A stretch of DNA of 14,189 bases from contig CAYVOC010000034.1 in NCBI GenBank assembly GCA_964453345.1, forward strand, positions 1 through 14,189, read 5' to 3'. This document shows positions 1 through 8,387 of this stretch, piece after piece (position 1 is the first letter of the stretch; each line of letters starts with the position of its first letter). The notes beneath the pieces are model-generated. The model was not told where the DNA came from. It did no database searches and worked only from the letters and a program-made list of their open reading frames with translations. The position numbers and the translations under genes are program-made. Source of the stretch: an uncultured Aquificales bacterium (GTDB taxonomy: Bacteria > Thermosulfidibacterota > Thermosulfidibacteria > Thermosulfidibacterales > Thermosulfidibacteraceae).

Positions 1-100
1 GCATCCGTAGGTTAGCACAGACAGAGCTGGGAGGCAAAGCGGTGGTGAGGCGCCAGACAGTTTTGCTTCCGACAGCCTACTTTGGCTTTCTGATTGATAA

Positions 101-145
101 TGGGCGGCGCCGATCATGCCGGTCTAAGGCGCCGCCCACATTTTT
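101..145 (+). terminator. GC-rich hairpin, probable intrinsic (possibly bidirectional) terminator
   Basis: Perfect 11-bp inverted repeat TGGGCGGCGCC (101-111) / GGCGCCGCCCA (128-138), followed on + by CATTTTT. It lies about 20 nt past the stop of the minus-strand CoA-transferase. Confidence 0.65.
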
Positions 146-157
146 GCAGGATGGGAT

Positions 158-1465
158 TTAGATAACCCCCTCTTCCTTGAGTTTTTTCAGGTAGGATTCG
201 GGGTATCCGAGAAGCAGGTTGTATATAAGGACGTTATCTGCTCCCACGGGTCTGCACAGCCACTTCAGCCTCGGCGGGGTTTCGCTCATTTTCGCGACAA
301 GCCCCTGAACTAAGAGTTTTCCGTAATCCTTGTCTTCAAACTCCACAAGGGCCTTCCTCTTGAACCAGTGGTCAAACTTGAGGGTTTCCTTGGGTTTGAG
401 CACCTCACCGGCCACTGTGACGCCCGGCCCCTTGTATTGCAGCCATATCTTGGCTATCTCCTCACGGGTGTATTGCTTGGTGAATTTCTCAATCTCTTTG
501 GTCATGGGGATGAAGTTTTCCCTCTTGGTTCTGTCCCTTACGGTTGGGTATTTCTCCACCAGATCCGGCCTGTTTATGATGGAACAGAGCGCCTTCCAGT
601 TGGGGTCGGCGTATCCCGCTATGAAGACCAGCCCGTCCTTGGCCTGGAAGTAATTGTAGGCAAAGGCTGCGGGCTCGAAGTTTGCCACCCTTCCTATGAC
701 TTCCTTTGTGAGGTGGTAGAAGTGCAGGGCGTAGTTGTTCATGGCCATTAGGGCCTCTGCGGGGCTTATGTCTATGTGCTGCCCCTCGCCGGACATTTCC
801 CTGTATATTACTGCGGCCATTATGGCGAAGGCTGCCATTACGCCTCCTGCGTAGTGGGCCATCCAGTTGCCCATGCGTGTGGGAACCCTGGTGTGTTCAG
901 GAAAGTCCGTGTAATCCTCGGGTATTCCCACACACCAGGCGAAGCCGCTCATGGCCTGATCCACCGTGTCGTAGTCAAGTTTGCCGGTTGCAAGCCCCTC
1001 TTCCGGTGCGTAGCCCTCTTCTCCAAAGGTCTTTATGGAGCACATGATCAGGGAGGGGTTGATTTCGGATAGGCGTTCCCAGTGCAGATCAAGCTCCTTC
1101 AGCTTTCCGGAGGGAAAGGTTTCTATAAGGATGTCTGCCTTTTTGATCAGTTCCTCAAAGATTTCTCTTCCCTTTGCGGTTTCAAGGTTGAGGGTGATGT
1201 GGTATTTGTTTCTACCCTCAACGATGTATGCGAGTCCCGTGTCCTTAACCTTCATGCCCTTGGGCGAGAACTGCCTTGCTATATCGCCTTCAGGCGGCTC
1301 TATCCTGACAACCCTGGCTCCCAGTTCCGCGAGCAGAGAAGAGGCAAAGAGCCCTGCAAAGCTCCCGTAGCTTGCATCCAGCACCCACAGATCCTTTAGC
1401 GCCTCCGGCTTCTCGTAGGCTGTATCCGGAGAGGTTATCTTTTCTGCAAATTCCTTCCAGTCCAT
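158..1465 (-). CDS. Family III (CaiB/BaiF) CoA-transferase-like subunit, catalytic Asp apparently replaced by His
   Basis: Motifs LLAELGARVVRIEPPEGD..R, RNKYHITLNL, ADILIETF, LSEINPSLI, YDTVDQAMSG. The catalytic position reads WMAHYAGG. RBS AGGAGG precedes the ATG. Confidence 0.9.
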   Translation of the reverse strand: MDWKEFAEKITSPDTAYEKPEALKDLWVLDASYGSFAGLFASSLLAELGARVVRIEPPEGDIARQFSPKGMKVKDTGLAYIVEGRNKYHITLNLETAKGREIFEELIKKADILIETFPSGKLKELDLHWERLSEINPSLIMCSIKTFGEEGYAPEEGLATGKLDYDTVDQAMSGFAWCVGIPEDYTDFPEHTRVPTRMGNWMAHYAGGVMAAFAIMAAVIYREMSGEGQHIDISPAEALMAMNNYALHFYHLTKEVIGRVANFEPAAFAYNYFQAKDGLVFIAGYADPNWKALCSIINRPDLVEKYPTVRDRTKRENFIPMTKEIEKFTKQYTREEIAKIWLQYKGPGVTVAGEVLKPKETLKFDHWFKRKALVEFEDKDYGKLLVQGLVAKMSETPPRLKWLCRPVGADNVLIYNLLLGYPESYLKKLKEEGVI

Positions 1466-1483
1466 TGTGACCTCCTGTTGTGC

Positions 1484-2779
1484 TTAATAGAACTTCCCCT
1501 TTTGTCCGTCCCAGCCCTTGGGAGGAGCCGTTGCCGGGAAGCTCGGATCCCATCTTCCTATCACGCCCTTCTCATACAGCTCCTGGATCTTTTCGGGGCT
1601 GTATCCCAGTATCCTTGTGAGGACATGCTCGTTGTCGAAGCCCACGGGTCTCATGCTCCATCTAACCCTGCCAGGCGTCTTCTCTAAGTTTGCAAGCGGG
1701 TTGGGGTAGGTTAAATCGTCCCAGAGGGGGTCCTCAAACTTCCAGACCGCCTTTCTGGAGTTAAGGTGTATGTCGTTGTAAATGTCTTCGGAATTCATGA
1801 CCTTCGATGCGGCGAAGCCCTTTTCCAGCGCGGCCTTCAAAACTTCCTCAACTGTCAGCTTGGAGCACCACTCCTCTATTATCTCGTATACCCTGTCGGC
1901 GTTTCTGAAGCGCTCTCCGTAGTCCTCGTATTTTTTCAGCTCCTCGTTTCCTATGGCTTCGCACAGCCCCTCGTATTCCTCCTTGGAGAAGGCTCCCAGG
2001 GCAACGAAACCGTCCTTCGCCCTGGCGATGAGGGAGGGGACGACTGCGTAGTCCCTGTTTCCGGTTCTCTCCCTGTTCTTCCCTGTAAGCCCTATGTATA
2101 TCCAGGTCCAGTCCATGGCCCTGAGAAGAACCTCTCCCTGGGAGAGATCAATGAACTGGCCCTTGCCGGTTTTCCTGGCGTAGTAGAGGGCCACGAGCCC
2201 CAGGTATGCTGCCACGGTTCCGGACAGGAAATCCCCTATCCACGCCTGGGCCTTCAAAGGTATGGCGTCGGGGAAGCCCGTTATCTCGGCAAGTCCCGTA
2301 ACTCCCTGGGCGTAGGCGTCGTAGCTGGGCCTTTCGCTCAGGGGCCCCCAATTGCCGAAGCCCTGAAGGCTCATATAGACCAGCCTCGGATTTATTTCGG
2401 AGAGCTGTCTGTAGCCCACTCCCCAGGAGTCGAAGGTGCCGGCCTTGAAGTTTTCAACCAGTATGTCGCTTACGGCGACCAGATCCTTGAGGATCTTTTT
2501 GCCCTCCTCCTTCCTTATGTCCACGGCGATGTGGTATCTGTTGGCGGCGGCGCACATCATTCCGGGAGACAGACCCCTCGGGAAGCGCCCTGCCGGAGCA
2601 ACTGCCCTTATGAGCAAATCCCCGCTTCCGGGTATCTCGATGTGGATGACTTCGGCTCCCATAAGGCCGAAAAGGGTGGCGGCCCAGGGGCCGTAGATGA
2701 TCCTGGTGAGACTTACAACTCTGGTTCCCTTCAGAGCCTCCTTCTTAGCCATTTTTTCCAAGAGCTTTGGATCAAACAT
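1484..2779 (-). CDS. Family III (CaiB/BaiF) CoA-transferase, catalytic Asp present
   Basis: Motifs GP.AA.L...GAEVIHIE.P.SGD, DILVENFKAG, LSEINPRLVY.S..GFG, RPSYDAYAQG, WIGDFLSG. RBS GGAGG precedes the ATG. Confidence 0.92.
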   Translation of the reverse strand: MFDPKLLEKMAKKEALKGTRVVSLTRIIYGPWAATLFGLMGAEVIHIEIPGSGDLLIRAVAPAGRFPRGLSPGMMCAAANRYHIAVDIRKEEGKKILKDLVAVSDILVENFKAGTFDSWGVGYRQLSEINPRLVYMSLQGFGNWGPLSERPSYDAYAQGVTGLAEITGFPDAIPLKAQAWIGDFLSGTVAAYLGLVALYYARKTGKGQFIDLSQGEVLLRAMDWTWIYIGLTGKNRERTGNRDYAVVPSLIARAKDGFVALGAFSKEEYEGLCEAIGNEELKKYEDYGERFRNADRVYEIIEEWCSKLTVEEVLKAALEKGFAASKVMNSEDIYNDIHLNSRKAVWKFEDPLWDDLTYPNPLANLEKTPGRVRWSMRPVGFDNEHVLTRILGYSPEKIQELYEKGVIGRWDPSFPATAPPKGWDGQKGKFY

Positions 2780-2809
2780 GCCAACCTCCGATGAGTGCTG
2801 TTGTCTTCC

Positions 2810-2861
2810 AGATATTGAAATTTTATCCCCGTTGTCAAGATCATTCGGGTTCTGTAAAAAT
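2810..2861. promoter_or_regulatory. Divergent promoter region between the CoA-transferase operon and the HAD gene
   Basis: Overlapping -35-like hexamers: TTGTCA on + (2832-2837, 17 nt before TAAAAA) and TTGACA on - (2838-2833). The -10 matches are weak. Confidence 0.35.
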
Positions 2862-2881
2862 TCCGATGCTGGAGGGACGGC

Positions 2882-3526
2882 ATGAGGGTGGTGAGCTTTG
2901 ATGTTTGGGGAACCCTGCTCAGGATAGATCTTATGCTTGAGAGGATAGAGGCGGAGGTTTCAAGGCTGTCGGGGCTGGAGGCCGGCGTTGTGAGAAGCGC
3001 CTTCAGATCGGCCAGAAAGAGGGCGAAGGATATGCGCCTGCGGGGCGAGCTTCTCCCTATGGAGGCGGTTGATGTGTGCCAGGGCCTTTTCGCCTCGGAG
3101 CTTGGGGTGGATGTTGAGGTGATTAAGAGGGCCTGTGCGAGGGTTGTTGCCTTTGCAGATGAGTCCCTTCTTGTTCCGGGAGCTGTTGAAGCCCTCAGGC
3201 TTGCTAAGGATAGATGCAGGGTCGCCTGTTTGGGGAATGTGCAGTTCTGGCCCTCCTCCCAGACGAGGGTGATGATGGAAAGATTGGGACTTTCCGATTA
3301 CATAGACAGGCACTTCTTCTCCGATGAGACGGGTGTTTTTAAGCCGGATAGAGGGGCTTTCATGAAGGTGGCGGAGCACTTTGGGGTTGAGCCTTCGGAG
3401 ATGCTTCATGTGGGGGACAGGGAGCTTGAGGATTTTAAGGGTGCCACAGACGCCGGGCTTTCTGCTCTTCTTGTGGATCCCTCAAGGCCTTTGGACGAGC
3501 AGCTTAGGGAGTTTTTGGCCGGCTGA
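2882..3526 (+). CDS. HAD-superfamily hydrolase (subfamily IA)
   Basis: Motif I SFDVWGTL, motif II region LGN, motif III FKPD, motif IV LHVGD...D..GA..AG. RBS GGAGG. Confidence 0.9.
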   Translation: MRVVSFDVWGTLLRIDLMLERIEAEVSRLSGLEAGVVRSAFRSARKRAKDMRLRGELLPMEAVDVCQGLFASELGVDVEVIKRACARVVAFADESLLVPGAVEALRLAKDRCRVACLGNVQFWPSSQTRVMMERLGLSDYIDRHFFSDETGVFKPDRGAFMKVAEHFGVEPSEMLHVGDRELEDFKGATDAGLSALLVDPSRPLDEQLREFLAG

Positions 3527-4436
3527 GCCTTCTCCAGAGTCTGTCAAAGATGCTTGCAAGGGGCTGTTGCCACATTATTGTCACCGCCGCCGGAAGGGTG
3601 GCTGCAGGTGAGAATCCCGACAGGGCCATGACCAGAGCAGCCCCGTTGTTTTTCATTCCCAGAAAGTAGGACAGGGTGATCCGCACATCCCTCGGGGAGG
3701 AGGTGATGATGCCCAGCAGGAATCCTGCGGCGTAGGATGTTGCAACCTGTATTCCCATGGCCGCCAGCACCTTTAGCAGCTCCGTGTTGAAGGGAACAGA
3801 CGACAGGGCAACCGAGGTGTTGAGAACGATCATGTAAAGCATGCCGAGCTTCGCCCAGGCGGATAGCCCCGGTTTTATCCTGTCGTTTGGCCTCTTTTCG
3901 TAGATGGATACGGCGAGGATGGTGGGGATGAAGACCGACCACATCAACTTTACAAAGAGCGCCTTTATGGGGACGTGAACGGCCTTCCCGATCAGCAGCT
4001 TCAGCATCAGGGGGGCCACAAAGGGCACCGTGAGAACATGGGTTCCCACAAGCAGCACTCCTAAGGCCACATCGCCTCCGGTTATGGAGGACCAGATGAT
4101 GGTTGATATGGCTGCGGGGGATGCGGCGACGCACAGCTGGCCCACCCCGTAGTCGCTTGTGATGCCAAACATGGTGTGGGCTATGGCATAGGCAACTGCC
4201 GGTATCACAAGAAACTGCCCTATCATGCCCAAGGGATAGACCTTCCTGTATCGTCCGATGCGTGCAAAATCCCGCCACCTTAAGCCCCAGGTTGAGGCGA
4301 ACATTATGGTGAAGAGCATGTGGGGCGCCGTCCATTTCAGGTGGGGCATCCATCCCTTTGCGGCGTAGCCTGCAACGAAGGAGAGGGGAATGAGGACTAT
4401 CAGCCACCTTGAGAGGAAGCTGTTAAGGGCACTCAC
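3504..4436 (-). CDS. Bile acid:sodium symporter (BASS/SBF) family transporter
   Basis: 310 aa with about 9-10 hydrophobic segments. Motifs QF..IP..AY, SPAA.S..W..I.GGD.AL, GMKN.G. GTG start with GAGGAG RBS, overlapping the upstream thioesterase stop. Confidence 0.85.
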   Translation of the reverse strand: MSALNSFLSRWLIVLIPLSFVAGYAAKGWMPHLKWTAPHMLFTIMFASTWGLRWRDFARIGRYRKVYPLGMIGQFLVIPAVAYAIAHTMFGITSDYGVGQLCVAASPAAISTIIWSSITGGDVALGVLLVGTHVLTVPFVAPLMLKLLIGKAVHVPIKALFVKLMWSVFIPTILAVSIYEKRPNDRIKPGLSAWAKLGMLYMIVLNTSVALSSVPFNTELLKVLAAMGIQVATSYAAGFLLGIITSSPRDVRITLSYFLGMKNNGAALVMALSGFSPAATLPAAVTIMWQQPLASIFDRLWRRLSRPKTP

Positions 4437-4899
4437 CCGTCTCCTCGAAGATGTGCGGGTTGTCGATTTCCGAGAGGAACTTTTCCCACTCCTCCTCAGG
4501 AAGGGCGACGAACAGCCCTTCGGCCTCGGCGTATATTTTGCCTTCTCTCTCTATTCTGCAGGTGGCCCTTATCTTCTTGCCCTTTGCCTCCACAACTCGC
4601 GCCGTGGCCCTGTAGGTGGTGTTGGGGGCTATGGGTCTTCTGTATTTTATCCTCATCTCGGCTGTGACGCTGCATCTTTTTAGGCATGAGGTGACCGCCC
4701 ACCAGAGAACCTCATCGCAGATGGTGGAGACGATCCCGCCGTGGATGACCCCTTCAAAGCCCTGGTATTCTTCAGGGAGGTTGAATTCGCAAAAGATTTC
4801 CTTTCTGCTTCGGTCCCAGTATATCTCCAGCTTGAGGCCTATGGGGTTGAGCCTTCCGCATCCAAAGCACGACTTGTATGGAGGTAGCCTCACCATCAC
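4423..4899 (-). CDS. PaaI-family hotdog-fold thioesterase
   Basis: Motifs CFGCG..NP.GL, YQG..G.IHGG...T..DE, VTAE...KYRRP. Start is GTG 4899 or ATG 4896. Confidence 0.88.
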   Translation of the reverse strand: MMVRLPPYKSCFGCGRLNPIGLKLEIYWDRSRKEIFCEFNLPEEYQGFEGVIHGGIVSTICDEVLWWAVTSCLKRCSVTAEMRIKYRRPIAPNTTYRATARVVEAKGKKIRATCRIEREGKIYAEAEGLFVALPEEEWEKFLSEIDNPHIFEETGECP

Positions 4900-4907
4900 G
4901 GTTTCCC

Positions 4908-4946
4908 TTTATAGTTTTTGCAAAGGGAAGGATCAAGGTTTACATT
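4908..4946. promoter_or_regulatory. Overlapping divergent sigma70-type promoters
   Basis: Plus strand: TTGCAA (4918-4923), N17, TACATT (4941-4946). Minus strand: TTGATC (4936-4931), N17, TATAAA (4913-4908). Confidence 0.55.
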
Positions 4947-4954
4947 AGTGGAAC

Positions 4955-5764
4955 ATGGGGGGAAGGCTTTTCATAGTCTCCACGCCTATAGGGAATCTTA
5001 AGGACATAACCTTCAGAGCCGTTGAGGTGCTGGAAAGTGTTGATCTTGTTGTGGCTGAGGACACAAGGAGAACCCTTAAGCTTCTCAATCATCTGGGTAT
5101 AAAGAAGGAGATGCTGAGCTATTATAAGCCGGTTGAAAGGAAAAAGGTGGAGGCTGTGATTGATGCGCTCAAAAGCGGTAAGGATGTGGCCCTTGTTTCC
5201 GATGCCGGAACTCCCCTTGTTTCCGATCCGGGGTATGAACTGGTGAGGCGCTGCATAGATGAGGGGATCGAGGTGATTCCGGTTCCGGGCCCCTCTTCCG
5301 TGCTGGCTGCCCTTGTCGCTTCGGGGATTGAGCCTCTTCCCTTCTGCTTCTATGGCTTTTTGCCCAGGGGAGGTGAAAGAAGAAGGCTTCTTGAGTCCCT
5401 GAAGGGCAGAACCGAAACCTTGGTCTTTTTTGAGTCGCCTAATAGACTCCTGGACACCCTGAGGGATATGCTGGAGGTTCTGGGAGACAGGAGGTGCTGC
5501 GTTGCCAGGGAGATCACCAAGGTGCACGAGGAGTTCGTCAGAGGCAGTATCTCTGAAGTGATTTCCTGCCTCAAGGGGAGGGAGGTCCTGGGGGAGGTCT
5601 GCCTGGTTGTGGAGGGCTGCAGGGAGAATCTTCCCGGGGGGGACTGGGTTGAGGCTGCCATGAGGTTGAGAAGTTCCGGTTTTTCTGCAAGGGATGTGGC
5701 CAAGGCTGTCAGCGCCATATTCGGCGTTTCTAAGAGGGAGGTATACGATCTGGTCAAGGGATGA
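4955..5764 (+). CDS. rsmI: 16S rRNA (cytidine1402-2'-O)-methyltransferase
   Basis: Motifs LFIVSTPIGNLKDITFRA, AEDTR, LVSDAGTPLVSDPG, PVPGPS, FYGFLP, FESPNR, REITKVHEE. Confidence 0.96.
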   Translation: MGGRLFIVSTPIGNLKDITFRAVEVLESVDLVVAEDTRRTLKLLNHLGIKKEMLSYYKPVERKKVEAVIDALKSGKDVALVSDAGTPLVSDPGYELVRRCIDEGIEVIPVPGPSSVLAALVASGIEPLPFCFYGFLPRGGERRRLLESLKGRTETLVFFESPNRLLDTLRDMLEVLGDRRCCVAREITKVHEEFVRGSISEVISCLKGREVLGEVCLVVEGCRENLPGGDWVEAAMRLRSSGFSARDVAKAVSAIFGVSKREVYDLVKG

Positions 5765-6222
5765 GGTTTGTCGCCGATTCCATGCTGGGTAAGCTCGCAA
5801 GGTTTCTGAGGATGCTGGGACAGGATGTTCTGTTCTTCAGGGATGCCCAGGACCCCTTTCTGCTATACACCGCCAAGGAGACGGGAAGGATACTTGTGAC
5901 GAGGGATAGGGGACTTTACAGGGACGCCCTCAATATAGGGGTTAAGGCCGTGCTTGTCAGGTCCAACCATGTGAAGGAGCAGCTGAGGGAGCTGCTGGAG
6001 GCGACGGGTTTCGCTCCCGCCCGTCCTGAAAGGTGCATTGTCTGCAACGGGCCTTTGAAAAAGGTGGATAGATGTGAAATAGAAGGGCTTGTGCCGGACT
6101 TCGTTCTGTATAGGAACAGCGAGTTTTTCATGTGCGGATCCTGCGGCAAGGTTTACTGGCAGGGGTCCCACGTGAGGAACTTTGTGCGGTTTTTAGGCTT
6201 TGATCCCTGGGGGGATGCATGA
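5761..6222 (+). CDS. Mut7-C (DUF82) PIN-like RNase domain protein with Zn ribbon
   Basis: Motifs F.AD.MLGKLAR.LR.LG.D, R.LVTRD, RC..CNG.L, C..CGK.YW.GSH. ATGA overlap with rsmI. Confidence 0.9.
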   Translation: MRFVADSMLGKLARFLRMLGQDVLFFRDAQDPFLLYTAKETGRILVTRDRGLYRDALNIGVKAVLVRSNHVKEQLRELLEATGFAPARPERCIVCNGPLKKVDRCEIEGLVPDFVLYRNSEFFMCGSCGKVYWQGSHVRNFVRFLGFDPWGDA

Positions 6223-6992
6223 GGGATCTTCAGAGCGAAAGGGATCACAGAAATCTATCCATAGATCGGGTGGGGATAAGGGGGATCAGGTATCCCATAA
6301 CGGTCCTTGACAGAAACAACAGGGAGCAGCCTACCGTTGCCACTGTTGAGATGGCGGTTGGGTTGCCCAAGGAGTTCAGGGGCACCCACATGAGCAGGTT
6401 TGTGGAGATTCTGAATCAATACAGGTGGAGGATCCACACTAAGAGGGTGAGGGAGATACTTGAGCGGATTATGGAGAAGCTTCCCTCCCATTCCGCCTAT
6501 ATCAGCTTCAGCTTTCCCTACTTCCTTGAGAAGCGATCGCCGGTGAGCGGTGAGCTGAGCCTCATGAGCTACGATGTGAGGCTTGAGGCGACCCTCTTTG
6601 AAGATGGAAGCGTTGATACCCTTTTGACCGTTGAGGTGCCTGTGATGACCCTGTGCCCCTGTTCCAAGGAGATAAGCTCTAAGGGCGCCCACAACCAGAG
6701 GGCCTATGTAAGGGTGAGCGTTCGCATGAACAGGCTCGTCTGGATAGAGGAGCTGATAGAGGTGGCCGAATCCTGCGCCAGCTCAAGGTTATACGCCCTT
6801 CTCAAGAGGGAGGACGAGAAGTTCGTCACTGAATACGCCTACGATCACCCCGTCTTTGTCGAGGATCTGGTCAGGGATGTGGCGCTCAAGCTGAAAGGGG
6901 ATGAGAGGATAGTCTGGTTCAGGGTGGAGGCAGAAAGCTTGGAGAGCATACATAACCACAACGCCTTTGCGGTGGTGGAAATGGAAGGATGA
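6219..6992 (+). CDS. folE2: GTP cyclohydrolase IB
   Basis: Motifs D.Q...D.R...[57 protein letters not shown] overlap with the upstream gene. Confidence 0.96.
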   Translation: MRDLQSERDHRNLSIDRVGIRGIRYPITVLDRNNREQPTVATVEMAVGLPKEFRGTHMSRFVEILNQYRWRIHTKRVREILERIMEKLPSHSAYISFSFPYFLEKRSPVSGELSLMSYDVRLEATLFEDGSVDTLLTVEVPVMTLCPCSKEISSKGAHNQRAYVRVSVRMNRLVWIEELIEVAESCASSRLYALLKREDEKFVTEYAYDHPVFVEDLVRDVALKLKGDERIVWFRVEAESLESIHNHNAFAVVEMEG

Positions 6993-7633
6993 GGTGGGCG
7001 GCCCTTCTTCTGCTTGTGATTTTGGGGTGCGCTGCATACAGGGTGGAGGAACTCCCGACGACCAGTGTTCCCGTGGGCTGGAGGCAGCGGGGCTACGCAT
7101 CCTGGTATGGGCCTAAGTTTCACGGCAGAAGGACCGCAAGCGGGGAGGTCTTCAACATGTATTCCCTTACCGCCGCCCACAGAACCCTCCCCTTGGGAAC
7201 CTATGTGAGGGTGACGAACCTTAAAAACGGAAGGAGCGTTGTGGTGAAGATAAACGACAGGGGCCCCTTCGTTAGGGGGCGCATCATCGATCTGTCCTAT
7301 GCTGCCGCCAGAAGGCTGGGGATGGTGAGGGACGGGGTGGTGCCCGTGGAGATAGTGGTCCTTGGGACTCCCCAGGAGGCTTCTTCCTACTACAGCCGCT
7401 TCCACTTCGGATACCACTACGTTCAGGTGGGGTCCTTCAGGGACTGGTTTAACGCCATTAGGCTTGCCAAAGCTATCAAGGGGATGGGGTATCCCGTGGA
7501 GATAAGGCCTGTGGATGTGAAGGGGGAGAGGTTCTACAGGGTTCTTGTGGGACCCTACACCCCCATGGGCGCTCAAAAGGTTGCCTCAAGACTGGGGAGG
7601 AAGGGGTATCGTGTCAAAATCTACAGGGACTGA
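6989..7633 (+). CDS. rlpA: Septal ring lytic transglycosylase RlpA family lipoprotein (DPBB + SPOR)
   Basis: Lipobox ILGC. DPBB motifs [39 protein letters not shown]-terminal SPOR motif YVQVGSF...YRV.VGP. Confidence 0.93.
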   Translation: MRWAALLLLVILGCAAYRVEELPTTSVPVGWRQRGYASWYGPKFHGRRTASGEVFNMYSLTAAHRTLPLGTYVRVTNLKNGRSVVVKINDRGPFVRGRIIDLSYAAARRLGMVRDGVVPVEIVVLGTPQEASSYYSRFHFGYHYVQVGSFRDWFNAIRLAKAIKGMGYPVEIRPVDVKGERFYRVLVGPYTPMGAQKVASRLGRKGYRVKIYRD

Positions 7634-8387
7634 AGTCGTGAAGGTAGAGGGTGTTACCAAGATATACAAAACCAGAAAGAGTCCCTTTAAGTCCCCTGAG
7701 TCTGTTGAGGCCTTGAGGGATGTTAGTCTTACCGTTAGATCCGGAGAGATACTGGGGATTGTGGGGGAGTCGGGTAGCGGGAAAAGCACCTTGGCCAAGG
7801 TAATAGCCGGAATAGAGAAGCCCACCTCCGGTAGTGTCAGGGTTGAAGGTCCCCTGCAGATGGTATTTCAGGATCCCTACTCCTCCTTAGACCCCAGGAT
7901 GAAGGTGCTGGATATTGTGCTTGAGCCCCTTGAGGTGAGGGGAAGGCTCGCCGATAGGAGAAATAAGGCCCTGCAGCTTTTAAGAAGCGTTGGGCTTGAT
8001 GAGGATGCCTTGGACAGATACCCCCACGAGTTCAGCGGAGGACAGAGGCAGAGAATCGCCATAGCCAGAGCCATATCGGTGAGGCCTAAGGTTTTGATCC
8101 TTGATGAACCGACCTCTTCCCTTGATGTGTTCGTGCAGGCACAGATACTCGATTTGCTTTTTAAACTGCACGAGGAGACAAAGGCGGCGTATCTGTTCAT
8201 AACCCACAATCTCTTTTTGACCCTCAGTTTTACCCACAGGGTTGTGGTGATGCATAGAGGCAGGATAGTGGAGGAGGGGAAACCCGAGGAGCTGTTTGAC
8301 AACCCGAGGCATCCCTATACAAAGGGACTTATATCCGCCGTTCCCAAAAAGATATTGAGATACTTGTGGACATCTCCTTCCGGGTAG
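7611..8387 (+). CDS. ABC transporter ATP-binding protein, OppF/DppF-like
   Basis: Walker [11 protein letters not shown]-loop MVFQDP, signature FSGGQ, Walker B ILDEPT, H-loop ITHN, C-terminal HPYT. Start reassigned from 7545 to the in-frame GTG at 7611, which follows GGAGGAAGGGG. Confidence 0.88.
   Translation: MSKSTGTEVVKVEGVTKIYKTRKSPFKSPESVEALRDVSLTVRSGEILGIVGESGSGKSTLAKVIAGIEKPTSGSVRVEGPLQMVFQDPYSSLDPRMKVLDIVLEPLEVRGRLADRRNKALQLLRSVGLDEDALDRYPHEFSGGQRQRIAIARAISVRPKVLILDEPTSSLDVFVQAQILDLLFKLHEETKAAYLFITHNLFLTLSFTHRVVVMHRGRIVEEGKPEELFDNPRHPYTKGLISAVPKKILRYLWTSPSG

Noticed and set aside
3..161. Open + frame from the window edge to TAG 161 (IRRLAQTELGG...QDGI), with its stop overlapping the CoA-transferase stop
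   Set aside because: It runs through both hairpins, uses mostly CGN Arg codons unlike the AGG/AGA-rich real genes, and has no recognisable motif. It cannot be fully excluded without upstream sequence.
1766..2794. 342-aa + strand ORF
   Set aside because: Antisense shadow of the CoA-transferase, with no domain motifs.
3544..4407. 287-aa alternative-frame minus ORF inside the BASS gene
   Set aside because: Arg/His/Pro-rich composition typical of an off-frame reading of a hydrophobic gene; no motifs.
5190..5227. 14-bp direct repeat CCCTTGTTTCCGAT (5190 and 5214)
   Set aside because: Encodes the conserved RsmI motif LVSDAGTPLVSDPG; not a CRISPR or mobile-element repeat.
4940..5800. 286-aa minus ORF opposite rsmI
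   Set aside because: Antisense shadow of a conserved gene.
7545..7610. Longer N-terminus of the ABC ATPase given by the ORF track
   Set aside because: It would overlap rlpA by 89 nt. GTG 7611 has an RBS and matches the domain start.
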